Source of the DNA: an uncultured archaeon
Lineage (GTDB): Archaea; Asgardarchaeota; Thorarchaeia; Thorarchaeales; Thorarchaeaceae
Assembly: GCA_964558645.1 (NCBI GenBank)
Contig: CAZLEV010000008.1
Location: 64,001 to 128,000 of the forward strand
Direction: 5' to 3'
Length of the DNA stretch: 64,000 bases
Part shown: piece after piece, positions 30,664 to 41,042 of the stretch
How the letters are laid out: each line of letters starts with the position of its first letter
How positions within the stretch are numbered: position 1 is the first letter of the stretch
The notes under the pieces: generated by a model
The model's database searches: none
What the model was told of the DNA's origin: nothing
The model's input: the letters and a program-made list of their open reading frames with translations, nothing else
Position numbers and translations under genes: made by a program

Positions 30664-31974
30664 CTATTCATTACCGTTCAGACCTCCCCCAGTGACTTTG
30701 TGTCCCTCCCCTCTTGATTCCGGAGGCTCAACCATTCTGTCTAGCTCATCATTCGCCACCATATCGAGGATCGCTTCCAGATCCTTCACTTCATCAGGTA
30801 GACGAAATATGGTTATGAAACGACCTCTGAGCATATCAAAGGGCGACCGCCCGATATCGCCAACAACAACCGCATCGACATTCTCTTCGGAAAGGATTTC
30901 AACAGTCTTCACTCCTCTCCTCCGATCCACCTCGTGTCCCGGGTTATCCACAAAGCGTAGTTTCTTGAGATTCCCATTCTCTAGGTCCGCGACACCAAAT
31001 GCAGGAATCCGGCCGAAGTGCCTCAATACTCTCGAATGCCTCCCTTCATCAGCTTCAACAGGTACCGCCACTCGGAGAGTATGGTTCTCTTCAGGATCCA
31101 TATGGATCGTGACTGTTTCGAGATCGGGTACAACTCGTCTGAGTTCTCTTTCGATCTTGTCTGAGAGCGCGTGCGCTTCTTCTATCGAAAGATTCTTGAC
31201 AACTGTTATGTGTGCCTCCGCGAACACTGCTGGTCCTGCTTGTCGAAGCCGCATGTCGTGTATATCAAGAACGCCAGGAACTTCTTTCGCCACCTCCTTC
31301 ATCTCCTCACTCTTATCAGGATAGGGTGAAGCATCCATCAGTGTTAGTATCGATCCTTTTGCAAGCTCGAGACCTTCTTTGACAACATATGCTCCAACAA
31401 TGACTGCGACACCTACCTCGACAATTCCTACACCAACGAGTGATAGGCCTATGCCTGCAAACACCAGCATGCTAGCATAGACATCGGCTTGTGAGTGCTT
31501 GCTGTCAGCCACAAGGCTTTGACTACCTATACTCGTGCCTACTGCCTCCTTGTAGCGCGAGAGAGCGTAATAGGTGGATGCCGAAATAGCCGCTGCCGCC
31601 AAGGGAAAGATACTAGCTGTCACCTCCATGGGGTGAAACAAGGTTCTGGATGATTCCCAGATGATTTCTGCCCCAGAGAAAATGACCATGAGCGAAACAA
31701 TGAACGACGCCAAGTTCTCAGCGCGGTAGTATCCGTATGGGAATCTGTCACTCGGCTTCTTTGAGGCTAGACGAAGCCCCGACCAGACCAGTGCAGAGGC
31801 AAAGATGTCCGAGAACGAGTTGACCGCATCAGCCCAGAGCGCTATGCTGTTGTAGAACCAACCTGTCAGCCCTTTAATAACTGTGAGGCACAGCATGGCG
31901 ACTACAGAGATTTTCGCCACGGTTTCGCCTTCCTCGAAACGCCTCTCGGAGACATCTTCTTCATTCATTGTCAT
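30664..31974 (-). CDS. Cation diffusion facilitator with C-terminal NifB/NifX-like domain
   Basis: DAVNSFSD, FPYGYYRAE, ADSKHSQAD, dimerisation domain; C-terminal HFGR.P.F...NP...IG. Confidence 0.88.
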   Translation of the reverse strand: MTMNEEDVSERRFEEGETVAKISVVAMLCLTVIKGLTGWFYNSIALWADAVNSFSDIFASALVWSGLRLASKKPSDRFPYGYYRAENLASFIVSLMVIFSGAEIIWESSRTLFHPMEVTASIFPLAAAAISASTYYALSRYKEAVGTSIGSQSLVADSKHSQADVYASMLVFAGIGLSLVGVGIVEVGVAVIVGAYVVKEGLELAKGSILTLMDASPYPDKSEEMKEVAKEVPGVLDIHDMRLRQAGPAVFAEAHITVVKNLSIEEAHALSDKIERELRRVVPDLETVTIHMDPEENHTLRVAVPVEADEGRHSRVLRHFGRIPAFGVADLENGNLKKLRFVDNPGHEVDRRRGVKTVEILSEENVDAVVVGDIGRSPFDMLRGRFITIFRLPDEVKDLEAILDMVANDELDRMVEPPESRGEGHKVTGGGLNGNE

Positions 31975-33040
31975 TCGCCGTGACCCAGTTGTCTATTTCG
32001 AGTACAGTGTATTTGTACTCGCCCTTTTGCTCGCTCTCCATCTCTCTCAGCCTTTTGAGCATCAGCTCTATGGCAACTTCTTGGTTGTCGCACACTATCC
32101 AGCGTCGACCTAGCTGTTCCGCAGCAACGGCGGTAGTACCTGACCCCACAAAGAAATCTGCTACAATATCTCCAGATTGAGTTGCACTCTTGATGATTCG
32201 ACTGATCAGAGACAGTGGCTTTTGTGTTGAGAAGCCCGTGTATTCTGCCGATGCTCCCTGAATGGGAGGTATGTCAAGCCACAAATCTGACACTGGGACG
32301 CCTTTCCGCTCCGCAAGATACTGCTTCTTAGAGTATCGTCCATTTCGGCTTCTATAGATTCTCCCCTGATCCCACCAATTATCTAGTGTTTCCTCGGAAT
32401 ACAAATACGGCGCCTTTCTACCGCGCCACACGAATTGCTTCCTCCCCTCTTTTCGTTGAATTCCGTGAGCTTCTATCTCAATCAGTCGAAAAGCCCCCTT
32501 CTCATCCTCATAGCTATAGGGTTTCAGTGACTTGGCATCATGTTCTCGATAGACGGTCTCTGTCGAAAACTCTCTGTGATCTCTCGCGTAGAGAAGTATC
32601 AGGTCATGCTGATTTCCAAAGCCAGTGCTCTGTGATTTCGGGCTGTTGGTCCTCTTCCATATAATTTGGTTGATGAAATTCTCGTAACCGAATATCTTGT
32701 CAAGCATGACTTTAAGGTAATGAGCAACGTGAAAATCCACATGCACCCATAGGCTACCTGTTGACTTCAAGAGACCATACATCTGGTTGAGACGAGCTTC
32801 CATGAATGATAGATACTCGCTCAACCCTCCCTCCCACTTGTCACTAAAAGCTAAAGTCTCTTTCATACGAGGTGCGGAGGATGCATCTCCTGTGGTCTTC
32901 TCTTTGAGGGTATAGTCTGTACCTGAAAAGAAGGGTGGATCAATGTAGATAAGACTGATCTCCTCTTGGAAACCATTCTGTAAGTGCTTCAACGCATCAA
33001 GGCAATCCCCCAGAATTATCCTGTTTCTCCATTGTTCCAT
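31961..33040 (-). CDS. Orphan beta-class N6A/N4C DNA methyltransferase
   Basis: IYIDPPF (motif IV) precedes TQKP and DFFVGSGTT (motif I). Start moved to ATG 33040. Confidence 0.9.
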   Translation of the reverse strand: MEQWRNRIILGDCLDALKHLQNGFQEEISLIYIDPPFFSGTDYTLKEKTTGDASSAPRMKETLAFSDKWEGGLSEYLSFMEARLNQMYGLLKSTGSLWVHVDFHVAHYLKVMLDKIFGYENFINQIIWKRTNSPKSQSTGFGNQHDLILLYARDHREFSTETVYREHDAKSLKPYSYEDEKGAFRLIEIEAHGIQRKEGRKQFVWRGRKAPYLYSEETLDNWWDQGRIYRSRNGRYSKKQYLAERKGVPVSDLWLDIPPIQGASAEYTGFSTQKPLSLISRIIKSATQSGDIVADFFVGSGTTAVAAEQLGRRWIVCDNQEVAIELMLKRLREMESEQKGEYKYTVLEIDNWVTANDNE

Positions 33041-33167
33041 GGGTGAGATTCCATCTAATACCCTTAAGATTCCTTGCCAAAATGATTTCGTCCTGTTGTG
33101 AAGAGCGCACATGAACAAGTTAATTAACAATTGAACGTTGTTAACTATGATAAAGTAGTGGGCAAAC

Positions 33168-34463
33168 ATGAAAAGAGTGGCAGTATCGGTCTTTGTCTTA
33201 TTCCTATCTTTGTTTCTGGTCAACTCGATGGTCTGGATCTCTGTAAGCGAGGTAGAACCCGCACAGTCTGACATACAACTCAACAATGCATTTCCTAATC
33301 TGACATTCACTCAACCTGTTGACTTACAGTCTCCTGGGGATGGTTCTAATCGTCTCTTTGTAGTTACCAAGCCTGGAGTCATCTATGTCTTTGATAACGA
33401 TCCTGCGGCGGAGTCGGCCGAGGTGTATCTTGACATTACTGGTTTCGTAAACGATGTTGGCGGCGAAGAGGGGCTTCTTGGTTTGGCCTTTCATCCCAAT
33501 TTCACTCACAATGGCTATTTCTTCGTGGACTACACTGCATCGAATCCGAGAAGAACTGTGATTGCCCGATATACTGCCAGCGACACGAATCCTGATGAAG
33601 CGGACACAGAGAGTGCTCTTGTGATACTCGAAATAGAGCAGCCCTATGCGAACCACAATGGAGGGCAAATTGGATTCGGGAATGATGGCCTCCTGTATAT
33701 AGCAATGGGAGATGGTGGGTCGGGAGGTGATCCGCTTGGGCACGGCCAGAATACCTCCACCCTGCTTGGTGCCTTGCTTCGAATTGATGTTGATAATCCA
33801 GACCCTGGTTTCGACTATGGCATACCTGATGACAACCCATTTGCTGACGAATCGGGGCGCGGCGAGATATACGCCTACGGACTGCGCAATCCTTGGAGGT
33901 TCAGCTGGGATCCCGAAACCGACTGGCTCTGGCTAGCCGATGTTGGGCAAGCAGAAGTCGAGGAGATTGATATCATCGAAAAGGGGGGCAACTATGGCTG
34001 GAACATCATGGAGGGGGACCAATGCTACTCTCCCGCTGTCGGATGCAACACCACAGGGCTTGTTAATCCGATATGGACCTACACTCATGATGTCGGAAGC
34101 TCGATAACCGGAGGCTTTGTGTATCGTGGGTCAGAGGTCTCTAGTCTGCTTGGAAAGTATGTCTACGCTGATTACGGAAGCGGCAAGGTCTGGGCTCTGT
34201 CGTACGAACTGAATACCACTCCGACAAATGAGGAGGTTGTGGACACTACGCTGCCGATAGTATCCTTTGGGACGGATGGAAACAACGAACTCTACGTCCT
34301 CGCATTTGACGGCAACATCTACTGGTTTGGCCCGCAGAGATCAGGGCCGACTGGGACCGATAGCACTCCGGAGACCGAACAGGCTATCATTCAACTTGCG
34401 CTCATCGGTGGAGTATTGGTGGGTGTATTGGCTGTCAGTATCGTCATTCTGCGCAGACGATGA
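33168..34463 (+). CDS. PQQ-dependent glucose/sorbosone dehydrogenase family, secreted and C-terminally anchored
   Basis: EEGLLGLAFHP, NHNGG, GDGG, YGLRNPWRFS, GGNYGW; signal peptide and C-terminal TM. Confidence 0.88.
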   Translation: MKRVAVSVFVLFLSLFLVNSMVWISVSEVEPAQSDIQLNNAFPNLTFTQPVDLQSPGDGSNRLFVVTKPGVIYVFDNDPAAESAEVYLDITGFVNDVGGEEGLLGLAFHPNFTHNGYFFVDYTASNPRRTVIARYTASDTNPDEADTESALVILEIEQPYANHNGGQIGFGNDGLLYIAMGDGGSGGDPLGHGQNTSTLLGALLRIDVDNPDPGFDYGIPDDNPFADESGRGEIYAYGLRNPWRFSWDPETDWLWLADVGQAEVEEIDIIEKGGNYGWNIMEGDQCYSPAVGCNTTGLVNPIWTYTHDVGSSITGGFVYRGSEVSSLLGKYVYADYGSGKVWALSYELNTTPTNEEVVDTTLPIVSFGTDGNNELYVLAFDGNIYWFGPQRSGPTGTDSTPETEQAIIQLALIGGVLVGVLAVSIVILRRR

Positions 34464-34561
34464 CTGAGAAACTCGTTCTCTGGTGATCACGAAGGCTAGC
34501 CAACACTGATAAAAGGCAAGAGTTCGTAATACAGTTTTCCCAGAAGGGAGGTTCACGTGCG

Positions 34562-37276
34562 TTGGAGTCACAGAGAATCACCTTGGTCACAATGTTCCTT
34601 GGAATCCTAGTCTTACCCGGCGTTATTCTTGGCATTGTCATTGCCTCACCCACCAGTCCTTCTCAAGTAGAGAACGTGGTGATGGTTGGTGTAGTGGGTT
34701 CAGAGAAAGCCCCAACAGTGCTTACTTCTCTTCGCTTGGATAGCGAATCAGTATCTGTCAGTGAATACGACAGCGTGAGTCAAGCGCTAAATGGTCCCAG
34801 CATCGATGTTCTCGTTCTTCTGGATACTCCCCTCGGCTCGCAAAGCCTGCCTGAGATTGAGAGCTTCGTTTCTGCAGGAGGTGGCCTCATGGTCTTTCTC
34901 GGACCGGCCATGACAGCGAACTCTACGGGCATGTCGGAACTTGGAATTACCACTAACAACAATCTTCAGGAGAGTGTTTTTCGGGAGTCTGCAAATATAG
35001 TCACACGAACAGTCGCGACAGAACACTCATTATTATCGTTCGACTGGTCCTCTGCTCCGCCAGCCGAGAAAATCGCCCTGCTCCCTGCACTGGATAGTGG
35101 TGCTGAAACCCTCTTGGCAAATGATACCGGATTTGGAACCTATGGGGCTCCCCTTCTCGTGCACCGAGAAGTTGGAGATGGTGCAGTACTGGTATACACT
35201 CCTTGGTTGACTCTGAACAGTGCTGAGGGCGAGACTCAAATCAATCGCGAATTGACGCTGTGGCCCTACTACAACTACTTCATGTACAAATCTGCTCGAT
35301 ATCTCGCGGAACAAGATGCGTACACCTATGCCGAGTGGACCTACTCGCCGGTTCCCCATGTGGAACAACAGGTCATCATCGGATTGATTGTCCTTGTCAT
35401 AGGCATCTCAACTGCAGCATCATACAGGACTGTGAAGAAACGGTCTAGGCGAGAGGCCGAGGTGCTTACTGAGATTGAGCGTGCCGAGCTCCTTGTGGAA
35501 GTGGAGGAGGAAGTCAGCGAGTGGGAGGAGATTGGTATGCACAGGCAGCTTGGTGGCTTCCTCATTCAACTATTCATCACTCTTCTCATCGTCCTGCCCC
35601 GCGTGGTTCTCTCCATCATGATTTACCCTCGCTTCATCATGCCCTTCCCGCAGGCGGCCGGTTGGTTCTCTTTCAGCGTGAACCTCTTCCTGGGTCTTTG
35701 GACGCTGTTTGACTTGGGGACAAGTGTTGCACTCGCGAAGTATTTTGCTGAGTATCGTGTTACAAGACCTGAAGAGGCTGTGAAGTACGCCCAGATCTTC
35801 GTCTGGTTCCAGTGCATTACCGGGGTTGTGCAGATCACGGCGGTAGCCTTCTTCGGATCAATACTCTTTCCGCACACCTATCTTGCTCACCTCTCATACG
35901 TCTTCATAGCACACTCTCTCTTTCAGTTCCCTGGGTTCACTCTGCTCTTCATCCATGTCTTTCGAGGAATGAACCGTATCGATATGCAGCAGATCATCAA
36001 CATCCTGTATTATGCAGTGTTTAACATAGTAGGACCCTACTTCATGATCCTTGTCTTCAGATGGCTCGGTAGCCAGAATCCTATCTTTGGGGAAGCCCTC
36101 GGTGGAGCAATAGGGCAAGCAGTCGGTTCATACTTGACCGAATGGATGACCTTCGGGGTGTCCATCTATCTGTTCAAGCGCCTTGGGTTCAGTCCTAGTA
36201 CACTTTTTCGAGTCGACTTTGACAGTGAACAAGTTCGGAAGGCGCTGAGATTCGGAGCGAAGTGGACTGTAGGAGCCGCAGCTGTGCCACTTGTCTGGTT
36301 CTATCAGATGCTGCTCGTAAGCACGAACCTTTTGAACTGGTCGGCGTTGCAGGGACAGTATCAACTCGCCTGGGACCTTGCCATAATGGTCAGTGTGGTC
36401 GGACTCTTCATGGAGGGTATGCTGGGTGGAATATCTGAGTCATTCTCTCATGCAAAGGAGAAACTCACCGAACTCTACACGGCGCAGGGTCTGAAATATG
36501 GAGCCTTCTTTGTGTTCTGGCTCATCTCAGTGTTGGCTGCTATCGGCCCTCGTGCCATACTTGGCGCCGCCGGGCCAAACTGGGCATATGCGGCACACCT
36601 ACTATGGTTCTTCCTGTTGTTCCAGCTCATGGGTTTCTGGAGCTGGCTAGGTGACTGGATGTTTGCAGGGGCAGATCGAACCGGCCTAGCCGCATCTGTC
36701 TGGATTCTTGAACAGGGCGTTCGAGCTATTGCCATGACTTGGTTCGTTATTACTGAACCAGTAGTGCTTGGGATATATCTCGGTGGCATGCCCGGCATCA
36801 TTGTTGGATACTGTATTGGACTCTTCATCAAAGATATTGTTGCCTGGATTCTCATCAGACGTGAGATCTCTGCACCCAAGCTCTATACCTGGCAGAGCTA
36901 TATCGGACCAGCTCTTGCTGCTCTGATTAACTTCGGAATACTCGAGGTCCTCTCACGGCTGATATGGGGCGGAGTGAATGACCTACTCACTTCAGCTCTG
37001 CTGTTCTTCATCGGCACACTGCCCTCATTGTTCGTCTACTCGTTCTTCAGCGGTCTAACAGGGACCTGGGACGATCGAACTCTGAAGGAGTTTCGTCGAG
37101 CATCTGATATGGTGAGAATGCGAGGAATCGGCTGGCTTGCTCGTAGATTCTATGGTTCCATTGCGCTTGGAGCCAAGCTGTCTCCTCTTCACAACAGGTT
37201 CCCCATCGACATATACGATGAAGCTATGGCTGAGGCTGAAGAACTCACGAAGGAGAAGAAGCAACTGGTCATATAG
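34562..37276 (+). CDS. Large membrane protein: extracellular class-I-GATase-like domain plus MOP/flippase-like multi-TM domain
   Basis: FVSAGGGLMVFLG and G.GAVL ectodomain motifs; about 12-14 hydrophobic helices with DLGTSVALAKYFAEY. Confidence 0.6.
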   Translation: MESQRITLVTMFLGILVLPGVILGIVIASPTSPSQVENVVMVGVVGSEKAPTVLTSLRLDSESVSVSEYDSVSQALNGPSIDVLVLLDTPLGSQSLPEIESFVSAGGGLMVFLGPAMTANSTGMSELGITTNNNLQESVFRESANIVTRTVATEHSLLSFDWSSAPPAEKIALLPALDSGAETLLANDTGFGTYGAPLLVHREVGDGAVLVYTPWLTLNSAEGETQINRELTLWPYYNYFMYKSARYLAEQDAYTYAEWTYSPVPHVEQQVIIGLIVLVIGISTAASYRTVKKRSRREAEVLTEIERAELLVEVEEEVSEWEEIGMHRQLGGFLIQLFITLLIVLPRVVLSIMIYPRFIMPFPQAAGWFSFSVNLFLGLWTLFDLGTSVALAKYFAEYRVTRPEEAVKYAQIFVWFQCITGVVQITAVAFFGSILFPHTYLAHLSYVFIAHSLFQFPGFTLLFIHVFRGMNRIDMQQIINILYYAVFNIVGPYFMILVFRWLGSQNPIFGEALGGAIGQAVGSYLTEWMTFGVSIYLFKRLGFSPSTLFRVDFDSEQVRKALRFGAKWTVGAAAVPLVWFYQMLLVSTNLLNWSALQGQYQLAWDLAIMVSVVGLFMEGMLGGISESFSHAKEKLTELYTAQGLKYGAFFVFWLISVLAAIGPRAILGAAGPNWAYAAHLLWFFLLFQLMGFWSWLGDWMFAGADRTGLAASVWILEQGVRAIAMTWFVITEPVVLGIYLGGMPGIIVGYCIGLFIKDIVAWILIRREISAPKLYTWQSYIGPALAALINFGILEVLSRLIWGGVNDLLTSALLFFIGTLPSLFVYSFFSGLTGTWDDRTLKEFRRASDMVRMRGIGWLARRFYGSIALGAKLSPLHNRFPIDIYDEAMAEAEELTKEKKQLVI

Positions 37277-37366
37277 TCCGTCGGAGTTCAGTTGTGTATT
37301 CTGTATCAGCAGGGCTCTGTATCCTCTTTCGTGGATAGGATTAGATGGAGTCTTAGAGCCGCTGGC

Positions 37367-37609
37367 TCACATCTCCATGTCGATGATTTCTTCTGGCTCA
37401 GCAGCTTGTCGAGCTTCTTCAGCAATCTTAATCTTAATGAGAGTGACCAGATATCCGGCAATTCGGTTTCTTACCTTCTTGCTACTGACATCCGTATACT
37501 GCTCCACGAGTCTCTTGTTGGTCTCGAAATCCGTGGTGAACTCGTTGGGATAGTTCCGGAGTAGCTCTCTTGCCGCCGTCTTCACGTACCGTGGTCGTAT
37601 GCTGCCCAC
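37367..37609 (-). CDS. rps17e: 30S ribosomal protein S17e
   Basis: GSIRP..VK, FTTDFETNK, SKKVRNRIAGY. Confidence 0.95.
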   Translation of the reverse strand: MGSIRPRYVKTAARELLRNYPNEFTTDFETNKRLVEQYTDVSSKKVRNRIAGYLVTLIKIKIAEEARQAAEPEEIIDMEM

Positions 37610-37695
37610 TATCAAATCACCGCTATTCTGTGTGTCTTTGACGATGCCCTTGAGCGCGTTTATAAACCATATGGTGGGTCCTATCGTCGAACGGG

Positions 37696-39462
37696 TTGTT
37701 CTTCATGTACTACAGAGACCTTGCAGCAACCTACAATGCAGTCGAGCGAACTTCCGGCACATTGGATAAAATCTCAAGGTTCTCGGAACTCCTAGTTCGT
37801 GCTTCGGCCGATGAAATCGGACATGTGATTGCACTTACAACAGGCAAGCTCCATCCTGATTGGAAGGACAAACCAGAAACTGGAATCGCAGAGAAGGTCG
37901 CTGTTCAGATGGTCGCGGCCGCCGCAGGCGTTTCTGAGTCGGAGGTGATCGACCTTCTCCAACAGGTCGGTGATGTTGGCGAGGTGGCAGAGCAATTGCT
38001 CAGCAAGAGCACGCAGGTAACACTCTTCTCCGAGGATTTGACGGTTATTGACGTATACCAGACACTGGATGAAGTTTCCAACATCGCTGGCCCCGGGAGT
38101 GGCCGGGAGAAAGTCGCAAAGATGGTGGGGCTGCTTTCTGACTCAGAGCCTCTTGAAGCTAAGTACATCCTTCGGACTGCTATGGGCGACCTCCGGCTGG
38201 GGATGGGAGACATGACCATAATCGATGCACTCTCAGTGGCCTTCACGGGGGATCGCGCAGCTCGTTCTGATATCGAGAGGGCTTACAATGTCAGCAGTGA
38301 CCTCCCCTGGGTTGGGCGACTCCTGTTGAGTGGTGGTCTTGATGAGATTAGAGCTGTCCGAGCTCAGGTGGGCAGGCCTATCAGGATGATGGCCGCGAAG
38401 AAGTTGTCTACATCTGCTGAGATACTTGAGAAGGTCGGCGGTCAGGGATTGGCCGAGTACAAGTATGACGGAGAACGCGTACAAATCCATAAGAATGGAG
38501 ACTCGGTTGTGCTCTTCTCAAGAAGACAAGAGAGGATAACATCCCAGTATCCGGACGTCATCGCTATGGTCCTTGAGAGCATCACCTCCGAGATTTGTGT
38601 GTTTGAGGGGGAGATAGTAGCAATCGACCCCGATACTAGTGGGATGCGCCCCTTCCAAGAGCTCATGAGACGAAGGAGAAAGACCGACATTTCGGAAATG
38701 AGTGAGGAGGTGCCTGTGGCATTGTTCTTGTTTGATATACTCTATGTGGACGGTGAAGACGTCATGGATCGTCCTTTACTTGAACGCAGAAGACTACTCG
38801 TAGACACTGTCGCAGACCATACTAGAGTACATCTTACAAAGGCAGAACTGATTGATACGCCAGAACGTCTTGATGAGGTATTTGAAGAAGCGATTCTTTC
38901 TGGTCACGAGGGAATCATAGCTAAGGCAGTTCACGACGAGTCTGTCTATCAAGCAGGATCCCGTTCATGGCTCTGGATTAAGTTGAAGGCGTCCTACAAG
39001 GAGGGAATGACAGACTCCGTAGATCTCGTGGTGGTGGGTGCTTTCCATGGGCGTGGGAAGAGAACAGGCCTCTATGGTGCCATTCTTGCAGCTGTCTACG
39101 ACGAGGCAACAGATACCTATCCCACAGTGTGTAAAATCGGTACAGGATTCACAGATGAGATGCTTGGTGAGCTGAAGCAACATCTGGAAGGACTCAGTAG
39201 AGAGAGTCGACACCCCCGTGTGGAATCCGAACTGGATGCAGATGTCTGGCTTGAACCTGAACTAGTCGTAGAGGTCCTAGGTGATGAAGTCACACTGAGT
39301 CCCATCCATGTTGCAGGTAGAGGGATTCTTTCTGAGGCAGGGCTTGCCATCAGGTTTCCTCGATTCACCGGTCGATGGCGTGATGACAAGTCCCCTACTC
39401 AGGCGTCCACAGTTGCAGACTTAGTGGAGCTCTACAAGAGCCAGCGACCTGAGGATTACTGA
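37696..39462 (+). CDS. lig: ATP-dependent DNA ligase
   Basis: EYKYDGER, EGE, FDILY, EGIIAK, WIKLK, RFPRF..R.DK. Confidence 0.96.
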   Translation: MFFMYYRDLAATYNAVERTSGTLDKISRFSELLVRASADEIGHVIALTTGKLHPDWKDKPETGIAEKVAVQMVAAAAGVSESEVIDLLQQVGDVGEVAEQLLSKSTQVTLFSEDLTVIDVYQTLDEVSNIAGPGSGREKVAKMVGLLSDSEPLEAKYILRTAMGDLRLGMGDMTIIDALSVAFTGDRAARSDIERAYNVSSDLPWVGRLLLSGGLDEIRAVRAQVGRPIRMMAAKKLSTSAEILEKVGGQGLAEYKYDGERVQIHKNGDSVVLFSRRQERITSQYPDVIAMVLESITSEICVFEGEIVAIDPDTSGMRPFQELMRRRRKTDISEMSEEVPVALFLFDILYVDGEDVMDRPLLERRRLLVDTVADHTRVHLTKAELIDTPERLDEVFEEAILSGHEGIIAKAVHDESVYQAGSRSWLWIKLKASYKEGMTDSVDLVVVGAFHGRGKRTGLYGAILAAVYDEATDTYPTVCKIGTGFTDEMLGELKQHLEGLSRESRHPRVESELDADVWLEPELVVEVLGDEVTLSPIHVAGRGILSEAGLAIRFPRFTGRWRDDKSPTQASTVADLVELYKSQRPEDY

Positions 39463-39534
39463 TTCACAGAACCGACGACGGATTCGGCAGTTTTACAAGC
39501 AACGCGATTATGTGGTCTCGAGAGGTAAGTCATC

Positions 39535-39993
39535 TTGTATAGCATTCGAGTGAGTCACAACAGGATGAGCTTTAGCGCAGCTCATTTTGTCCTAGAGGCC
39601 AAGGGGTGCGAACGGCTGCATGGCCACAATTACTTCGTGGAAATATCGATTGAGGGTCCAGTAGATGATTTGGGTATGGTGATGGACTTTCGCGACTTGA
39701 AGCGAGATGCGACCATTATCTGTGAGAAGATGGACCATCGCTTTCTCATTCCGGGCGACTCGGAAATGATACACTTGACTCAGGAAGGTGACTCCTACAA
39801 GATTGCTGTTTCTGGAAAGACGTACGTCTTGCCGATGTCTGATTGTGTGATACTACCAATCAGGGCCACGACTTCAGAGTATCTTGCCGAACATATTGCC
39901 AGAAGTCTAGACCTTCCCCAGGGACTGGCGGTTGATGTATGCGTCCAAGAGAATGTGGGTAGTCGCGGCTGTTATCGAATTCCGAGTACCTGA
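39535..39993 (+). CDS. queD: 6-carboxytetrahydropterin synthase (QueD/PTPS family)
   Basis: FSAAHF, CERLHGHNY, DFRDLK, DHRFL, TSEYLA. Confidence 0.88.
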   Translation: MYSIRVSHNRMSFSAAHFVLEAKGCERLHGHNYFVEISIEGPVDDLGMVMDFRDLKRDATIICEKMDHRFLIPGDSEMIHLTQEGDSYKIAVSGKTYVLPMSDCVILPIRATTSEYLAEHIARSLDLPQGLAVDVCVQENVGSRGCYRIPST

Positions 39994-40133
39994 ACCTCTG
40001 GGCCACGTAAGCTGATAACAGAATGACACTGCTCCATCATAAAGCTAAAAGGTGACTGCAATCCGACAGAACTAGGTCGATGAGCATGTGCTATCTACCG
40101 CTCATCTAGACACGACCAACGAGGCGACAGTTC

Positions 40134-40946
40134 ATGGTCTTTGATACACAGAACGAAACACCCCGGTACAGGATTCACCTCGACAAGGTGGGCGTGAAGA
40201 ATCTGAAGACCTTCGTAATCACAGAGCGCAGTGGTCTCCGCCACCATCTCATTCCAGAAGTGGAGATCACCATCGATCTCCCTGCCGAACTGAAGGGAGT
40301 TCATATGTCTCGTCTGGTCGAGTCTATGACTGAGGTCATCAGCGAGGAGTTCAGCGTGTACAAGTCTGTTGAGGAACTGCAGGTGCATATCCTAGAGGCC
40401 TTGCAGAAGAAGCATAAATTCAAACGGGGAGAAGTGAAGTTCGATTTCGAGCTTGGCTACGCCAGCAGGACCCCTGTGTCGAAGAAAAGGACCTGGGAGA
40501 TCTGCGATGTGACCGCCAGTACTATCATCGAGGATGATGAACCAGTAATGCACACAGCCGAGGTGAGAGTGGTGGGAAACACAACATGCCCTCACTGTCT
40601 GGCAAACAACGAAGGTCTCACTCACATGCAACGGGCAATTGGAACCTTGCGATTGACAGGTGAGATTAGCGAGATTCCGTCTTATGGGTCCATGATTGAC
40701 GTCATCGAACGGTCCTTCTCCAGCAAGACCTACTCACTCTTGAAGCTTGAAGATGAAAAATACGTGACTCGTCAGATGCACGAGAACCCGCAGTTTGTTG
40801 AGGACGTGTGCAGAAACGTCCTCCAGAATGCGAAGGAATCATTCAAGAACCGCAATCTGGAGATGTATGCAGAGGCGACTTCGCTTGAGAGCATCCACAA
40901 ACACGATGTGATTGCCCAGGGACGTATCGTTGTGAACGGTGGGTGA
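40134..40946 (+). CDS. GTP cyclohydrolase FolE2/MptA family
   Basis: DTQ, KGVHMSR, TCP, HMQR, EDE, NPQFVED, ESIHKHD. Confidence 0.88.
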   Translation: MVFDTQNETPRYRIHLDKVGVKNLKTFVITERSGLRHHLIPEVEITIDLPAELKGVHMSRLVESMTEVISEEFSVYKSVEELQVHILEALQKKHKFKRGEVKFDFELGYASRTPVSKKRTWEICDVTASTIIEDDEPVMHTAEVRVVGNTTCPHCLANNEGLTHMQRAIGTLRLTGEISEIPSYGSMIDVIERSFSSKTYSLLKLEDEKYVTRQMHENPQFVEDVCRNVLQNAKESFKNRNLEMYAEATSLESIHKHDVIAQGRIVVNGG

Positions 40947-41042
40947 TTCGAAAAACAGAAAGGATACATCAAAACAACCGATATATTCAGAGTCTGCTGT
41001 CTATGGATTCCTCCTAGAAAGGTATTCGTATATCAGACGGAT

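Noticed and set aside
2182-33310. Long N-terminal extensions in the ORF track (2182, 4650, 23830, 33310)
   Set aside because: Family homology begins at downstream ATGs; the extensions cross promoter DNA or overlap another gene.
37696-40946. lig-queD-folE2 as a 7-deazaguanine DNA-modification (dpd) system
   Set aside because: No DpdA/TGT, QueC or QueE in the window; archaeosine or pterin synthesis explains the genes.
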